Translations under genes and position numbers: made by a program
Shown: in pieces, positions 27,928-37,033 of the stretch
Numbering within the stretch: the first letter of the stretch is position 1
Layout of the letters: every line of letters starts with the position of its first letter
Virus record (IMG/VR): IMGVR_UViG_3300015050_001523
Location: 96,001 to 160,000 of that record
Strand: one strand, 5' to 3'
Origin: a virus
Lineage: Duplodnaviria; Caudoviricetes
DNA: 64,000 nt
The notes under the pieces: model-generated
Seen by the model: only the letters and a program-made list of their open reading frames with translations
Told to the model about the DNA's origin: nothing
The model's database searches: none

Positions 27928-28150
27928 TAAAACCCGGCAAATGGCCAAGCCGTTGCTTTTATCTAAACAATTGATTTTTTTCCAATCCTTTTTTCATATT
28001 CGGCCTTACTAACAGCAGGGCCGTCGATCAACCATTTCATCGGAGCGACTGGGCTAATTGGATCTGGAACGATGCCACTGCCCTTACATGGATTACATGA
28101 GTAAACAAATAGGAAACCTCGACCGTTGCAATCTGGACATTTCATGGATT

Positions 28151-28390
28151 TTATCCACAGCACTTAAGGATTGCTTCGGCAACCAGCTTCATTTCGAGCG
28201 GCGTTCCCATGATCCGATTGCCAACCTTTCCATCATCAGTATAGCATCGAACCTCGACAAGATCAATACCATCAGCATCAGGACCGACTTCAATGTATTC
28301 ACCAGACTTATCATTATAAATCCGATAAACGGTTTCGACACTATATTTCTCAAAGGTTTCGACCATTGGAGTTTTCATCAGGGCTTCCAT
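28151..28390 (-). CDS. Cassette ORF, leaderless
   Basis: TATCCT-N6-ATG downstream of the element at 28395..28542. Confidence 0.65.
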   Translation of the reverse strand: MEALMKTPMVETFEKYSVETVYRIYNDKSGEYIEVGPDADGIDLVEVRCYTDDGKVGNRIMGTPLEMKLVAEAILKCCG

Positions 28391-28543
28391 ATACAAAGGA
28401 TACACTGGAAACGGGGTGATGCAAGCGATCTTTGGCGATTTATTTTATGCTGCGCCTTTGGCGCTTTGGCACGGTTTGTGCATGGATTAATTTATTAATT
28501 AATAACAATTGCCTATGCAAAAAAAGGGCCATCGGCCCTTTTA

Positions 28544-28909
28544 TCAATCCGTTTTTTCAATTTCTTTACGTATTTTTTCAATATCCAATATGGAAATTTC
28601 AGAACATCCAGCCCCACAATCAAGAAGCCTTATTTCAAGTTTGTCAATCAAACTTTGAAGAACATTCATTTCGATTCCAAGTGTAGAACATGCGTCCCAT
28701 GTAGTAAGTGTGGAACCCATGTAAACTGCCGATTTTGAAAGGTTCGCAATTCGAGATTTAATTTCTGACAATTTTCCAATAGATGAAAGACCACAAAAAG
28801 TAGCGAAGATTTTAATTTCACGACCAGTCTTTAGATTGTTTTCAATCAAGGCCAAAGAGTCTTGAAAGTTCGACTTCTCAATCATTTCCTTTAGTTCGCG
28901 TGCCTTCAT
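28544..28909 (-). CDS. Hypothetical protein, leaderless
   Basis: TTGCGC-N16-TATCAT-N6-ATG (MKARELKE). Confidence 0.7.
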   Translation of the reverse strand: MKARELKEMIEKSNFQDSLALIENNLKTGREIKIFATFCGLSSIGKLSEIKSRIANLSKSAVYMGSTLTTWDACSTLGIEMNVLQSLIDKLEIRLLDCGAGCSEISILDIEKIRKEIEKTD

Positions 28910-29021
28910 GCTTTTATGATACCATATAACAAATGAAGCGCAACCCATTTAATGGAAATAAAAAAGGGCGCATAATGCGCCCTTTCATTTTTTTATTCTA
29001 TTTTTTGGCGCTTTGGCGCCT

Positions 29022-30098
29022 TTAGCGCTTCTCTACCATTTGAAGCATGCGAGCATGATGCTTCCAACGCTCACCAGGCAGTTGCATGCGATAGTTGCAA
29101 AGATGGACAATGAGCCGCAAGGAAAGCTGGCGCCACTTATTCACGTTTTCGTGAACAAAGTCAAGAATTTCTTGCTGGATTTTGGGGTCAGTGACCCCAT
29201 TTTCCACCATAATCCCAGAATCCTGGCAAACCTGAACAACGCGCAGAAGCCGCCGTCGCTTTGAAAAGAGCCCGAGATTCATGTAACCAGAGCGCGACAG
29301 AAGCGCCTTGACATGCTCGGCCTTTTTGGAGCCAGATTCGCATTCTCGCTGAAAATCGATATTTGTCAGGAACAAAATTCGACCCTGGAAATCAATAGAA
29401 TTTGGGATATCCTCCTTTTGAAGAGTACCAGATTCCTTGAGCCAGCAAATCTTGCGCGCCCTTCCCGGCGGCAAAACTTCAAGCGCTGCCTTCAAGAGAT
29501 TAAGAGTCGTTTCATCTTTGAAAACGCTATCGCAATCATCAAAGCAAAGCACGCCACCTTCAGATGCGCGATGAAGTGCCATGTAGAGATTGATGGGAGA
29601 AATATCCCCCTTAATCAATTCATAGTAAATTCCATCCTCGATTGCCTTTTCGGCATACTTGCCGATACAGTGACTTTTGCCGCAACCGGCAGGGCCGCTG
29701 ATCAGAGTGCTCGGGCGATTGCCCAAAACAACCTGCTCGACACACTCCTCAAAGGTTTCAAATCGACCGGCAATTTCGGTAATAATTTCATCATCCGAAA
29801 GAAGATCGTCAGGATCCTGATAGACAAATTCATTCGCCTCGCGGGGAGTAGCAGGAGCAGATCCAGATCGGGCGAAGCCTGGAGCGAAATCGCCCGAAGC
29901 AACCGCATCAGCCAAGGCGCGCATAGTTTGCGCAAGACGAGGGCTAATAGACTTGCTAGGATCATTGAGAGTCTGAGAGATCGTTGGCTGACTAACACTA
30001 TGTCCAAGCTTGTTAGCCTTGTCAGTCGCGGCCTTCTGCCATCCATGATTAGGATAGCCAAGCGCCTTACAGATCGTCATAAATTCGTCGTGATTCAT
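29022..30098 (-). CDS. AAA+ ATPase with N-terminal HTH-like domain
   Basis: Walker A GPAGCGKS, Walker B LCFDDCD, LFLTN sensor, ALLSR Arg finger; N-terminal VSQPTISQTLN helix. Confidence 0.85.
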   Translation of the reverse strand: MNHDEFMTICKALGYPNHGWQKAATDKANKLGHSVSQPTISQTLNDPSKSISPRLAQTMRALADAVASGDFAPGFARSGSAPATPREANEFVYQDPDDLLSDDEIITEIAGRFETFEECVEQVVLGNRPSTLISGPAGCGKSHCIGKYAEKAIEDGIYYELIKGDISPINLYMALHRASEGGVLCFDDCDSVFKDETTLNLLKAALEVLPPGRARKICWLKESGTLQKEDIPNSIDFQGRILFLTNIDFQRECESGSKKAEHVKALLSRSGYMNLGLFSKRRRLLRVVQVCQDSGIMVENGVTDPKIQQEILDFVHENVNKWRQLSLRLIVHLCNYRMQLPGERWKHHARMLQMVEKR

Positions 30099-30468
30099 TT
30101 TGTCTCGTTTGTTCGGGTTCGGTAAGGTTCCTGTCTCCCCCTCATGATAGCTTGAAGCCGACTTGACGCAAGGAACCTTCGCAACAAATTTCTTTCACCC
30201 TTTGGCATCCTTTATGCATCAATCCAAAATTATTACTAAACAAAATAAATGGTATGCAGCATCCGTGCCAAGCCTTTGCTTGGCGGGACCACTATAAAGG
30301 ATCGGAAGCATCTTTGCCGAAAAGGAAATGATTTCAATGGCTTGCGAGATTTGTCTGAAAAAGAGACCGGCCGAGGTTGCACTTCGAAGGTTATCGTCCA
30401 TACTGTGAGGGTGGTCGGGAAAGAGCCCGCCACGCCCAACCAAACCAAAAAGAAAGAAGATACCAATC

Positions 30469-31092
30469 ATGACCACCGAAACCGTCACCGCTCCCGCTGC
30501 CACCGAAACCGCCACCGCTCCCGCGAAGCCCGCTGGCCGCCCGCGCAAGATCTCCGATAAGGCCCTGGCTCGTGCCGAGCAGCTCTATGACTCTGGCCAG
30601 ACCATCGCGCAGATCTGTAGTCAGCCCTGGTGCAATGTCGGCCCTGCCGCGCTTTACTACCACTTCGCTGGCCGTTCGCCCAAGGGCGATTCTGGCGTCG
30701 AAATGCGACCGCGCGGTCGCAAGGGTCCGAATCCCACGCAGCTCGCGCACCTACTTGCCGAGTTTGAAAAGGGCCGCACCCTGACCGAGATCCGGGAGGA
30801 TGCCGTGCTTTGCTCGCGCGTCAAGGTCAAGAACCCCGCTGAAGGTGAGCCGGCGAGTAAGAAGCATATGTTCTCACTGGCCACGCTCAGCAAGGCCGTG
30901 AAGGATGCGGGATTCACGCCGCGCCGCGGCCGACCGGCGAATCCGGTTGCGGTTGAGGAGGTTGCGGAGGTTGCGGAGGTTGCGGCCGAGCCCGCTGCCG
31001 ACGCTCCGATGGCTGCTGAGCCGGTTGCGGAGGTTGCGGCCGAGCCCATGGCCGAGGCTCCGATGGTCGACGAGGCGAGCGCCGCGGAGTAA
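30469..31092 (+). CDS. DNA-binding protein: AT-hooks, two HTH-like segments, acidic Ala/Glu tail
   Basis: GRPRK, RPRGRKG and RRGRP motifs; GQTIAQIC..GPAALYYHF; GRTLTEIRE..LATLSKAV; EVAEVAEVAAEP repeats. Confidence 0.75.
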   Translation: MTTETVTAPAATETATAPAKPAGRPRKISDKALARAEQLYDSGQTIAQICSQPWCNVGPAALYYHFAGRSPKGDSGVEMRPRGRKGPNPTQLAHLLAEFEKGRTLTEIREDAVLCSRVKVKNPAEGEPASKKHMFSLATLSKAVKDAGFTPRRGRPANPVAVEEVAEVAEVAAEPAADAPMAAEPVAEVAAEPMAEAPMVDEASAAE

Positions 31093-31099
31093 TCCATGA

Positions 31100-31127
31100 A
31101 TGGTGGGAGGGTTTCCCCTCCCACCAT
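31100..31127 (+). terminator. Rho-independent terminator-like hairpin
   Basis: ATGGTGGGAGGG-TTT-CCCCTCCCACCAT after the AT-hook gene. Confidence 0.7.
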
Positions 31128-31147
31128 ATTATTTTAATCTTAATTTA

Positions 31148-31304
31148 AGGTGCGCCAATCGCGCACCTTTTTTTATGGACATCAAAAATTAATTAATTAA
31201 TAACAAGCCTTATGCATGAAAGATGCCAAAGCGCCAAAGGCGCGGCATAAATTAAATCGACCGAAGATGCTTGCATCCTGATTTAGATAAGCTATCTTTA
31301 GGTC
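31148..31304 (+). promoter_or_regulatory. Cassette element driving the tRNA-like RNA pair
   Basis: Full element; TTGCAT-N16-TATCTT places +1 at about 31305. Confidence 0.8.
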
Positions 31305-31419
31305 TGAGGATAGGCGAGATAAAGGAAAGACCAAGGGGCTCTGCCAAGAACCAAGGTCACTATTTCCAGGAACACGCAAGCTGGCAGGCTTTCTCCCGGG
31401 TTCGAATCCTGGATCCTCA
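31305..31419 (+). ncRNA. tRNA-like RNA (acceptor plus T arm, ~80-nt non-canonical interior)
   Basis: TGAGGAT/ATCCTCA stem stacked on CCGGG-TTCGAAT-CCTGG; internal CTGCCA/TGGCAG and GAAAG/CTTTC helices. Confidence 0.65.
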
Positions 31420-31426
31420 TTTTTGA

Positions 31427-31547
31427 CGGTATGAGACGAATAGGAGCACGTCTGCACCAAGCCACCCCGGTGCAAGAGATCTAAAGATCTATGCGAAAGC
31501 TAAGGATTTATTTAGATTTATAGTTGGTTCGAATCCAGCCATATCGA
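31427..31547 (+). ncRNA. Elongated tRNA-like RNA (10-nt anticodon-position loop, long variable arm)
   Basis: CGGTATG/CATATCG acceptor, GACG/CGTC D stem, GCACC-AAGCCACCCC-GGTGC arm, long hairpin capped GCGAAAGC, GTTGG-TTCGAAT-CCAGC T arm. Confidence 0.75.
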
Positions 31548-31590
31548 AATTTTAATTGGACATCAAACCTTCTCATGCTAGGATTTTAAC

Positions 31591-31920
31591 ATGTTCAGGC
31601 AAATGAAAATTGTCGTTGAAGTTTCGCCCGAGCTTGCTGCTGGCATGAGCGAGTCTCAATTGGCGCGACTCGCGCGAGGGATTGATATCTCCTCATGTTA
31701 TCGAGGAATTAGGATTGATGGATTTCAAGATCCTCAAGTTTTTGATTCGCTTGGAAACGCTGTTATGTTCCTTCTAAACACGTCCGCGACCGAGCGAGCC
31801 CTGTCCCTTGCTTGTGGAGGAAAAGCGACTGCTACGGGCTTGTGGAGGCATGACCGAGCCGAATTCTTTAGGCTCGCGGCCGAGGCTCTTTACAATCATC
31901 GAAATCTTTTTTGGCCTTGA
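31591..31920 (+). CDS. Cassette ORF, leaderless
   Basis: TGGACA-N16-TAGGAT-N6-ATG. Confidence 0.6.
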   Translation: MFRQMKIVVEVSPELAAGMSESQLARLARGIDISSCYRGIRIDGFQDPQVFDSLGNAVMFLLNTSATERALSLACGGKATATGLWRHDRAEFFRLAAEALYNHRNLFWP

Positions 31921-31950
31921 CTCCCTCGAAATATAGGCTATAACCAAATC

Positions 31951-32175
31951 ATGAGCACCACGACGATCAAGATCTCTTTCTCTACTGACGGCGCCGCCTT
32001 CGAGGATAACTTTGATGGGGAAATGGCTCTCGTTATCCGACAGATCGCTAACAAGATCCCACGGCTTCAAGCCCGGCGACCAGGGTGCGTATGTTCCTGG
32101 CCCGAGGGCGATGATACCCTATTTGACAGCAATGGCAACACGATCGGCAGCATCGCCTATAAGGAAGCCAAGTAA
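31951..32175 (+). CDS. Small conserved phage protein, leaderless
   Basis: TTGACT-N16-TATAAC-N6-ATG; I.F.TDGAAFED..LFDSNGNTIG pattern. Confidence 0.7.
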   Translation: MSTTTIKISFSTDGAAFEDNFDGEMALVIRQIANKIPRLQARRPGCVCSWPEGDDTLFDSNGNTIGSIAYKEAK

Positions 32176-32531
32176 TGAAAGTTCGCAAACCTAAAACCGA
32201 AGCTGAAGATATGGCAATGTCTGCGCGGGCTCTGGATTTTCTTATTGAAAAAGAAAACAATTGGATTCCTATCGACGCTCCCAAGACACGAATGGATAAA
32301 GTCCATTGTCAGCATATCCATATTGACAATGGCGGAATCTCAATGTCGGTTGAGGATACTGGGAAGAGCATCAATTTTGAAATATCTGCCCAATATTTTG
32401 GATATCCGGCAATTTCGGCTTCTATGAACATTCAGGACCACGCAATCGAATTTGTTTCTGCGCTGAGGAAGCTAGCAGATTCCGTTGAAAAAGACATCGA
32501 AAATATCAATTGGCAGGAACGATACGAATAA
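32175..32531 (+). CDS. Hypothetical protein
   Basis: Stop/start overlap with the previous ORF. Confidence 0.65.
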   Translation: MKVRKPKTEAEDMAMSARALDFLIEKENNWIPIDAPKTRMDKVHCQHIHIDNGGISMSVEDTGKSINFEISAQYFGYPAISASMNIQDHAIEFVSALRKLADSVEKDIENINWQERYE

Positions 32532-32641
32532 AGAAAAGGATGCCATTTGGCATCCTTTTTGCATGGCCAATTTTTATTAATTAATAATTTAACGATATGC
32601 AAAAAAGATGCCAAGCTTGGCATCTTTCAATGTTACCAGAG

Positions 32642-32770
32642 TCAGTCTCGCCTGGATGGCACGGCCGGCCATTGGCAGGCACACTTGGCAGTTCCACAGC
32701 TCGAAGGGATCCAAATGTTCCCGCACCACGGACAGCGCGGGAAGGTCTTGGTCTTGGTCTTGGTTTCCAT
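32642..32770 (-). CDS. 42-aa Cys-rich micro-protein (not in the ORF track), leaderless
   Basis: METKTKTKTFPRCPWCGNIWIPSSCGTAKCACQWPAVPSRRD; TTGCGT-N16-TATGCT-N6-ATG. Confidence 0.65.
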   Translation of the reverse strand: METKTKTKTFPRCPWCGNIWIPSSCGTAKCACQWPAVPSRRD

Positions 32771-32907
32771 AAACTAAGCATAACGTATTCTGGCGAGAAC
32801 GCAACCCAGTTCAGTGATTTATTTTTGGCATTCTTTATGCATGCTTAAAATTTATTAATTAATTAAAAAAGAACATTAAAAGAAAAGGCGCATTATGCGC
32901 CTTTTGG

Positions 32908-33453
32908 TTATCGGGCCGTCATTTCTCCGAGCCAAAGCTTGGCATCCTTACTGTCTCGAAAGATAACAAAGCTGGCATCAATAACAAACCATCCAATATA
33001 ATTTAGATCTTTCATTCGTGGTTCTTCCTTATGGCGCAAGGCTGGCCGATCGTTATGTTGGTCTTCAACCAGCATGACTGCCATATCAAACTTTTCTTCG
33101 GGGCCAACAAACCAACCAAAGCTGCTATCTCCAACTTTGATTTCCTTAAAGGACAGAGCCTTGACAGCATGCAAAGCTCGCATTTCTCGCAAGGCGCTCG
33201 GCAAAGCTCCAAATTCAAACTCGGCCGAGCCCATATAATCGAAAGAGAAGTATTGGTCAACACCTTTACTTTGGCCTACAGAATGCTTCTTCGCACAAAT
33301 CCGCTGTACCAAATAAGTCGCCCGAGAAGGATAATTAATCTTCTCCCAATCAAGGCGCTGCTGACGCTGTGACTTTGTGGACTTTGTTTGCGAATCAGGT
33401 TGCGGCTTGGTCCAAGTGTTCGCAGAATTCATCAGTGACTTTAGGCTGGCCAT
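32908..33453 (-). CDS. Cassette ORF, leaderless
   Basis: TTGCAT-N16-TATCCT-N7-ATG; FSFDYMGSAEFEFGALP motif. Confidence 0.75.
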   Translation of the reverse strand: MASLKSLMNSANTWTKPQPDSQTKSTKSQRQQRLDWEKINYPSRATYLVQRICAKKHSVGQSKGVDQYFSFDYMGSAEFEFGALPSALREMRALHAVKALSFKEIKVGDSSFGWFVGPEEKFDMAVMLVEDQHNDRPALRHKEEPRMKDLNYIGWFVIDASFVIFRDSKDAKLWLGEMTAR

Positions 33454-33457
33454 GATT

Positions 33458-33548
33458 AAAAGGATAGCCTATCCGAATCAGGATGCAAGGCCAAAAATAA
33501 ATTTATTTTGATGTTGCGCGAGCGACCTTTATGGACCATCCTATAATC
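33458..33548. promoter_or_regulatory. Compact divergent promoter pair around palindrome AAAATAAATTTATTTT
   Basis: Palindrome at 33494-33509 with TTGC(A/G) -35 boxes pointing outward. Confidence 0.75.
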
Positions 33549-33953
33549 ATGGAAACCGAAGCCGCCGCTATCACTCTCAAGCCCGAGCCCACCAATAGCA
33601 AAGAAGAGCTTTTGCTGGCAAAGATTCCGATGCCTGACAGCGCCAATCAAAAGGAAGGCACGCGAAATGAATTGGAGATAAAGGTTCGGTATATCAAGGA
33701 TGGAATGGGAAGGCTCGGCGGCCGAGGCTTTTTCCTAACCATTCATGGATATGCGGTTGAAGGTCTATTTAAAACCTTTATGCTTTGTCAGGACCCTTCG
33801 GAGTATATCTTTGTCGAGCCCTGTCAGCGATTTGGCGCAAAGGCCATGAATCAGGCCGCTTCCCGCGCTTGCGGAGAAGAATTTCGCGCTAAGATCGAAA
33901 AAGAGGTTGTCAAGGCACAAAAGTATTATCTTGGAAAGACTTTTCCAATGTAA
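33549..33953 (+). CDS. Cassette ORF, leaderless
   Basis: TTGCGC-N17-CATCCT-N6-ATG. Confidence 0.7.
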   Translation: METEAAAITLKPEPTNSKEELLLAKIPMPDSANQKEGTRNELEIKVRYIKDGMGRLGGRGFFLTIHGYAVEGLFKTFMLCQDPSEYIFVEPCQRFGAKAMNQAASRACGEEFRAKIEKEVVKAQKYYLGKTFPM

Positions 33954-34111
33954 ATCAAAAGGCGCATAAAGCGCCTTTCTTTTTAAATGTTCTTTTTTAT
34001 TAATTAATAACAAGCCTTATGCATTAGCCATGCCAAGCGCCTTTGGCGCGGCATGAAATTAAAGATCGGTTTGAGGTTGCATCTTCGGAAAAATGCTTCA
34101 TGCTAAAAGAG

Positions 34112-34348
34112 ATGAAAGACAAGCCTCTTTATCCAGGAAATGTTTATGACAACCCGATTAAGGGGTATAACACCCTTTATGATGAGGTAAATATTGTGAT
34201 TAGGGAACTTGAGCGCCTTCGCAAGTTTGCTCATGATGATTCTCTCAAAAATGAACATGCACTTCACCGAGAAAATGCTTTAGGCCGAACTTGTGCCTAC
34301 GAAACTGCCAAATCATTGCTTAGTGATATCTTTGTTCGTCTTGAATGA
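34112..34348 (+). CDS. Cassette ORF, leaderless
   Basis: TTGCAT-N16-CATGCT-N7-ATG. Confidence 0.65.
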   Translation: MKDKPLYPGNVYDNPIKGYNTLYDEVNIVIRELERLRKFAHDDSLKNEHALHRENALGRTCAYETAKSLLSDIFVRLE

Positions 34349-34529
34349 AACGATCCACTAAAAAGGCGCATAAAGCGCCTTTCTTTTAAATGTTCTTTTT
34401 TATTAATTAATAAATTAAGCCCATGCAAAAAGGATGCCAATGCGCCAAAGGCGCGGCATGAAATTAAAATCGATTTGGCCTTGCATCTTAGCTGGAATGC
34501 ATTATCATCAGAAGAGGAGCTAAAGAAAA

Positions 34530-34781
34530 ATGTCACGCACTACTCGAACGGTTCCAGGACATATGATTGATCGCGGCAGTTTGACAATTACTCCTGCCAT
34601 GCAAGATTATTTGGTGAAGGTTCAGCGAGGCCAGGCTCGGGCTGTAAGCACCGTTGTTTGCGAGCATGGCTGGCCCGAGCATATTTCCGGTTCAGACCGC
34701 AAGCGAATCAAGCGCTTTGTGGCGAAGGTTCGCCGCCGTCAGGCTCGGCAAGATATCCGAGATTCTTTTATGCTTGGCTGA
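34530..34781 (+). CDS. Cassette ORF, basic
   Basis: Downstream of a full element; GAGGAG SD. Confidence 0.7.
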   Translation: MSRTTRTVPGHMIDRGSLTITPAMQDYLVKVQRGQARAVSTVVCEHGWPEHISGSDRKRIKRFVAKVRRRQARQDIRDSFMLG

Positions 34782-34792
34782 GTCACCGCTAT

Positions 34793-35107
34793 ATGAATAA
34801 TCTCTCCGACCAAACCGCTTGCATCCATCCCAATCTCGCATCGCTTATTGCTGAGGAATTTACCCAATTTGGCTTTGTGCGAGTTAACCTCACAAACGGC
34901 TACGTGATCGAAATCGAACTTTACGATAGCGGTAACACCGCCGTGGTGGTCCGCGCGCCCGTAACGGAGCGATCCCCCTATGGAGGTTGCGATCTTATTT
35001 ACCAAACCAAGACTAAGCCCGCATCGGTTGCGATTGATGCGATGATGGCGCGGATCGTTGAATGGATGCGTCCGAAGACCGAGCCTGCTGACCTTGCACC
35101 ATTCTGA
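34793..35107 (+). CDS. Cassette ORF
   Basis: Second gene of the cassette. Confidence 0.6.
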   Translation: MNNLSDQTACIHPNLASLIAEEFTQFGFVRVNLTNGYVIEIELYDSGNTAVVVRAPVTERSPYGGCDLIYQTKTKPASVAIDAMMARIVEWMRPKTEPADLAPF

Positions 35108-35220
35108 GAATCGAGGATGCCAGATTAAATCTGGCATCCTTTTTGCATTCTGGTTTAATTATTAATTAATAACTTTCTTTAAAATAAAAAGAGCGCAATA
35201 AATGCTGCGCTCTTTTTCCA

Positions 35221-35490
35221 TTAATAAAGTGTAAAGTTTTGGGCTGGACTTGGGCTTAGTCCGTTTAAAACGCATGCTCCAATTGCAGCAACCAAAGTAG
35301 AGGCATTATTCGTATTAAATTCGTATCCAACATATCGCTTTCCTTTGTGCATCCTGGTTTTATCCGAGCCTCCCCAAATGCAAAGTTTGTTCAAGTCTGT
35401 GCGAAGCTCGGGAGCCGAATCTTCACAAACAAAGATCCGATGTCCATAATAGGTTCCGCCAAGAACGACCACAAACTTTGGATTCTCCAT
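35221..35490 (-). CDS. Cassette ORF, leaderless
   Basis: TTGCTT-N16-TAGACT-N6-ATG. Confidence 0.65.
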   Translation of the reverse strand: MENPKFVVVLGGTYYGHRIFVCEDSAPELRTDLNKLCIWGGSDKTRMHKGKRYVGYEFNTNNASTLVAAIGACVLNGLSPSPAQNFTLY

Positions 35491-35568
35491 ATATAGAGTC
35501 TAATTCATGCTGAGCCAAAAGCAAGAAAGAAATCCTAAAAAAAAAGGCGCCTAAAGCGCCTTTCCTCG

Positions 35569-35766
35569 TTATTGAAGGTTAGCTAGAAATTTAGAGATCC
35601 TTTCACGAACCCATGGGTTTTCTGGGTCGTGCTCAATCGAGCCGCTTGCGGAGCTTTGGAAGGTGCTCGTGATTGCAAGAGGCGAGCCATAATGGCCCGT
35701 GCATCCGCGAAACATGCGAGCATCAATAACATCTGCCATGGTCATTTGAATAGAATTATTATTCAT
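35569..35766 (-). CDS. Cassette ORF
   Basis: Ends at terminator hairpin GGCGCCTAAAGCGCC. Confidence 0.55.
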   Translation of the reverse strand: MNNNSIQMTMADVIDARMFRGCTGHYGSPLAITSTFQSSASGSIEHDPENPWVRERISKFLANLQ

Positions 35767-35772
35767 GATCTA

Positions 35773-36003
35773 TCATCCTTGCCAATTGCGCGGACGTGGA
35801 ACCGGCGGATCGTGCGGGTGTGGCTGGGCTTGAATAACAACCACTTCTGGCAAGAACCAGGACAAGTGTCCCGATGCCATGTTATAGCCAGCCAACCTTC
35901 CGCGCTCGTCGTAACGTGTTAGTCGCTTGTGTTTGGCACCGCTCCAAAACATATCTCCGTCTACAAGCTCGGACAGTGGAACTTTGATTGGGTCAGTCAC
36001 CAT
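35773..36003 (-). CDS. Cassette ORF
   Basis: Downstream of a minus-oriented element. Confidence 0.6.
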   Translation of the reverse strand: MVTDPIKVPLSELVDGDMFWSGAKHKRLTRYDERGRLAGYNMASGHLSWFLPEVVVIQAQPHPHDPPVPRPRNWQG

Positions 36004-36137
36004 CTAATAATGCCAGAAGAAAGACAGGATGCAAGCAGACTTAATGATTTATTTTTTGCCGTGCCAAGGCACGGCTCATGCATGATGCTTGTTATTAATT
36101 AAGATTTTAATGCTAAATGCGCCAAAGGCGCTTCTTT

Positions 36138-36323
36138 TCAGTCGGACTTGCGCTTTGTGTCGGCCGCAATTTGAATCGCTCGTGCCGCAGCCGTAATTGC
36201 TGACAAGACGGCCGGCAACTGAGTAACTGCGAGAAAGCTCAGATCGCTGGCGAGCTTGCCGTATTTGCGAGCAGCATCCGCGATCTCCTTTTGAGTTTCG
36301 TTGTTGAGTATTGGATCAGCCAT
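36138..36323 (-). CDS. Cassette ORF, leaderless
   Basis: TTGCAT-N16-CATTAT-N6-ATG. Confidence 0.65.
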   Translation of the reverse strand: MADPILNNETQKEIADAARKYGKLASDLSFLAVTQLPAVLSAITAAARAIQIAADTKRKSD

Positions 36324-36484
36324 AAGCTAATAATGCCAGAAGAAAGACAAGATGCAAGTACCTTCTGTCTATATTTATTTATTCCGCGCCTTTGGCGCTT
36401 GGCATCCTTTATGCATGAAAGTTTTTATTAATTAATTAATAACGGAACCTTAAATGAAAAAGGCGCTTTATGCGCCTTTTCAAA

Positions 36485-36937
36485 TTATTCGCACTTATTA
36501 TTGGAATCGATTGACGTCCAACAGCCAGAGTGTGGACCGACTTCGCCGATTTCCTCGTCAAGCATCAAAGCATAAACGGGAAAAAAGATAGAACCTCCAC
36601 CATGACTGTTAAAGTAAGGGAACCTCGCATCAATCGCTGTGCAGAGCGGCATGGTAATTGCACGATACAGAATCTCGGAATCAGAAGGTGCAATTTCCTT
36701 TCCATCATAATCGATAATGGAGGCAACAACCATCTTTCCAAGAGAGTCAACAATCGACTTGTAAGAATTGTCGACAATTTCGACCTTGATTCCTTCGGCG
36801 CTCAATTCCGCATGGATCTTCAAAGCCTTTTCGAAGGTATGATATTCTCCCTCAAAAACTCGCCTTCCGCTTCCATTACCAGGAACGCTAGGAACGAAAG
36901 AGAGGACAGCAAACGGAGCATTGATTGGCTGGCTCAT
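36485..36937 (-). CDS. Cassette ORF, leaderless (true start MSQPIN)
   Basis: TTGCTC-N16-TATCTT-N7-ATG. Confidence 0.7.
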   Translation of the reverse strand: MSQPINAPFAVLSFVPSVPGNGSGRRVFEGEYHTFEKALKIHAELSAEGIKVEIVDNSYKSIVDSLGKMVVASIIDYDGKEIAPSDSEILYRAITMPLCTAIDARFPYFNSHGGGSIFFPVYALMLDEEIGEVGPHSGCWTSIDSNNKCE

Positions 36938-37033
36938 CCCTAACAAGATAGCATCCTCCAATGAGCGAGCAACGATTAAAATAAATTTATTTTCGTTCTT
37001 GACTCTCTCGGATTCTCGGCCAGACTTATAATC
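36938..37033. promoter_or_regulatory. Compact divergent promoter pair around palindrome AAAATAAATTTATTTT
   Basis: Palindrome at 36978-36993; same design as 33494. Confidence 0.75.
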
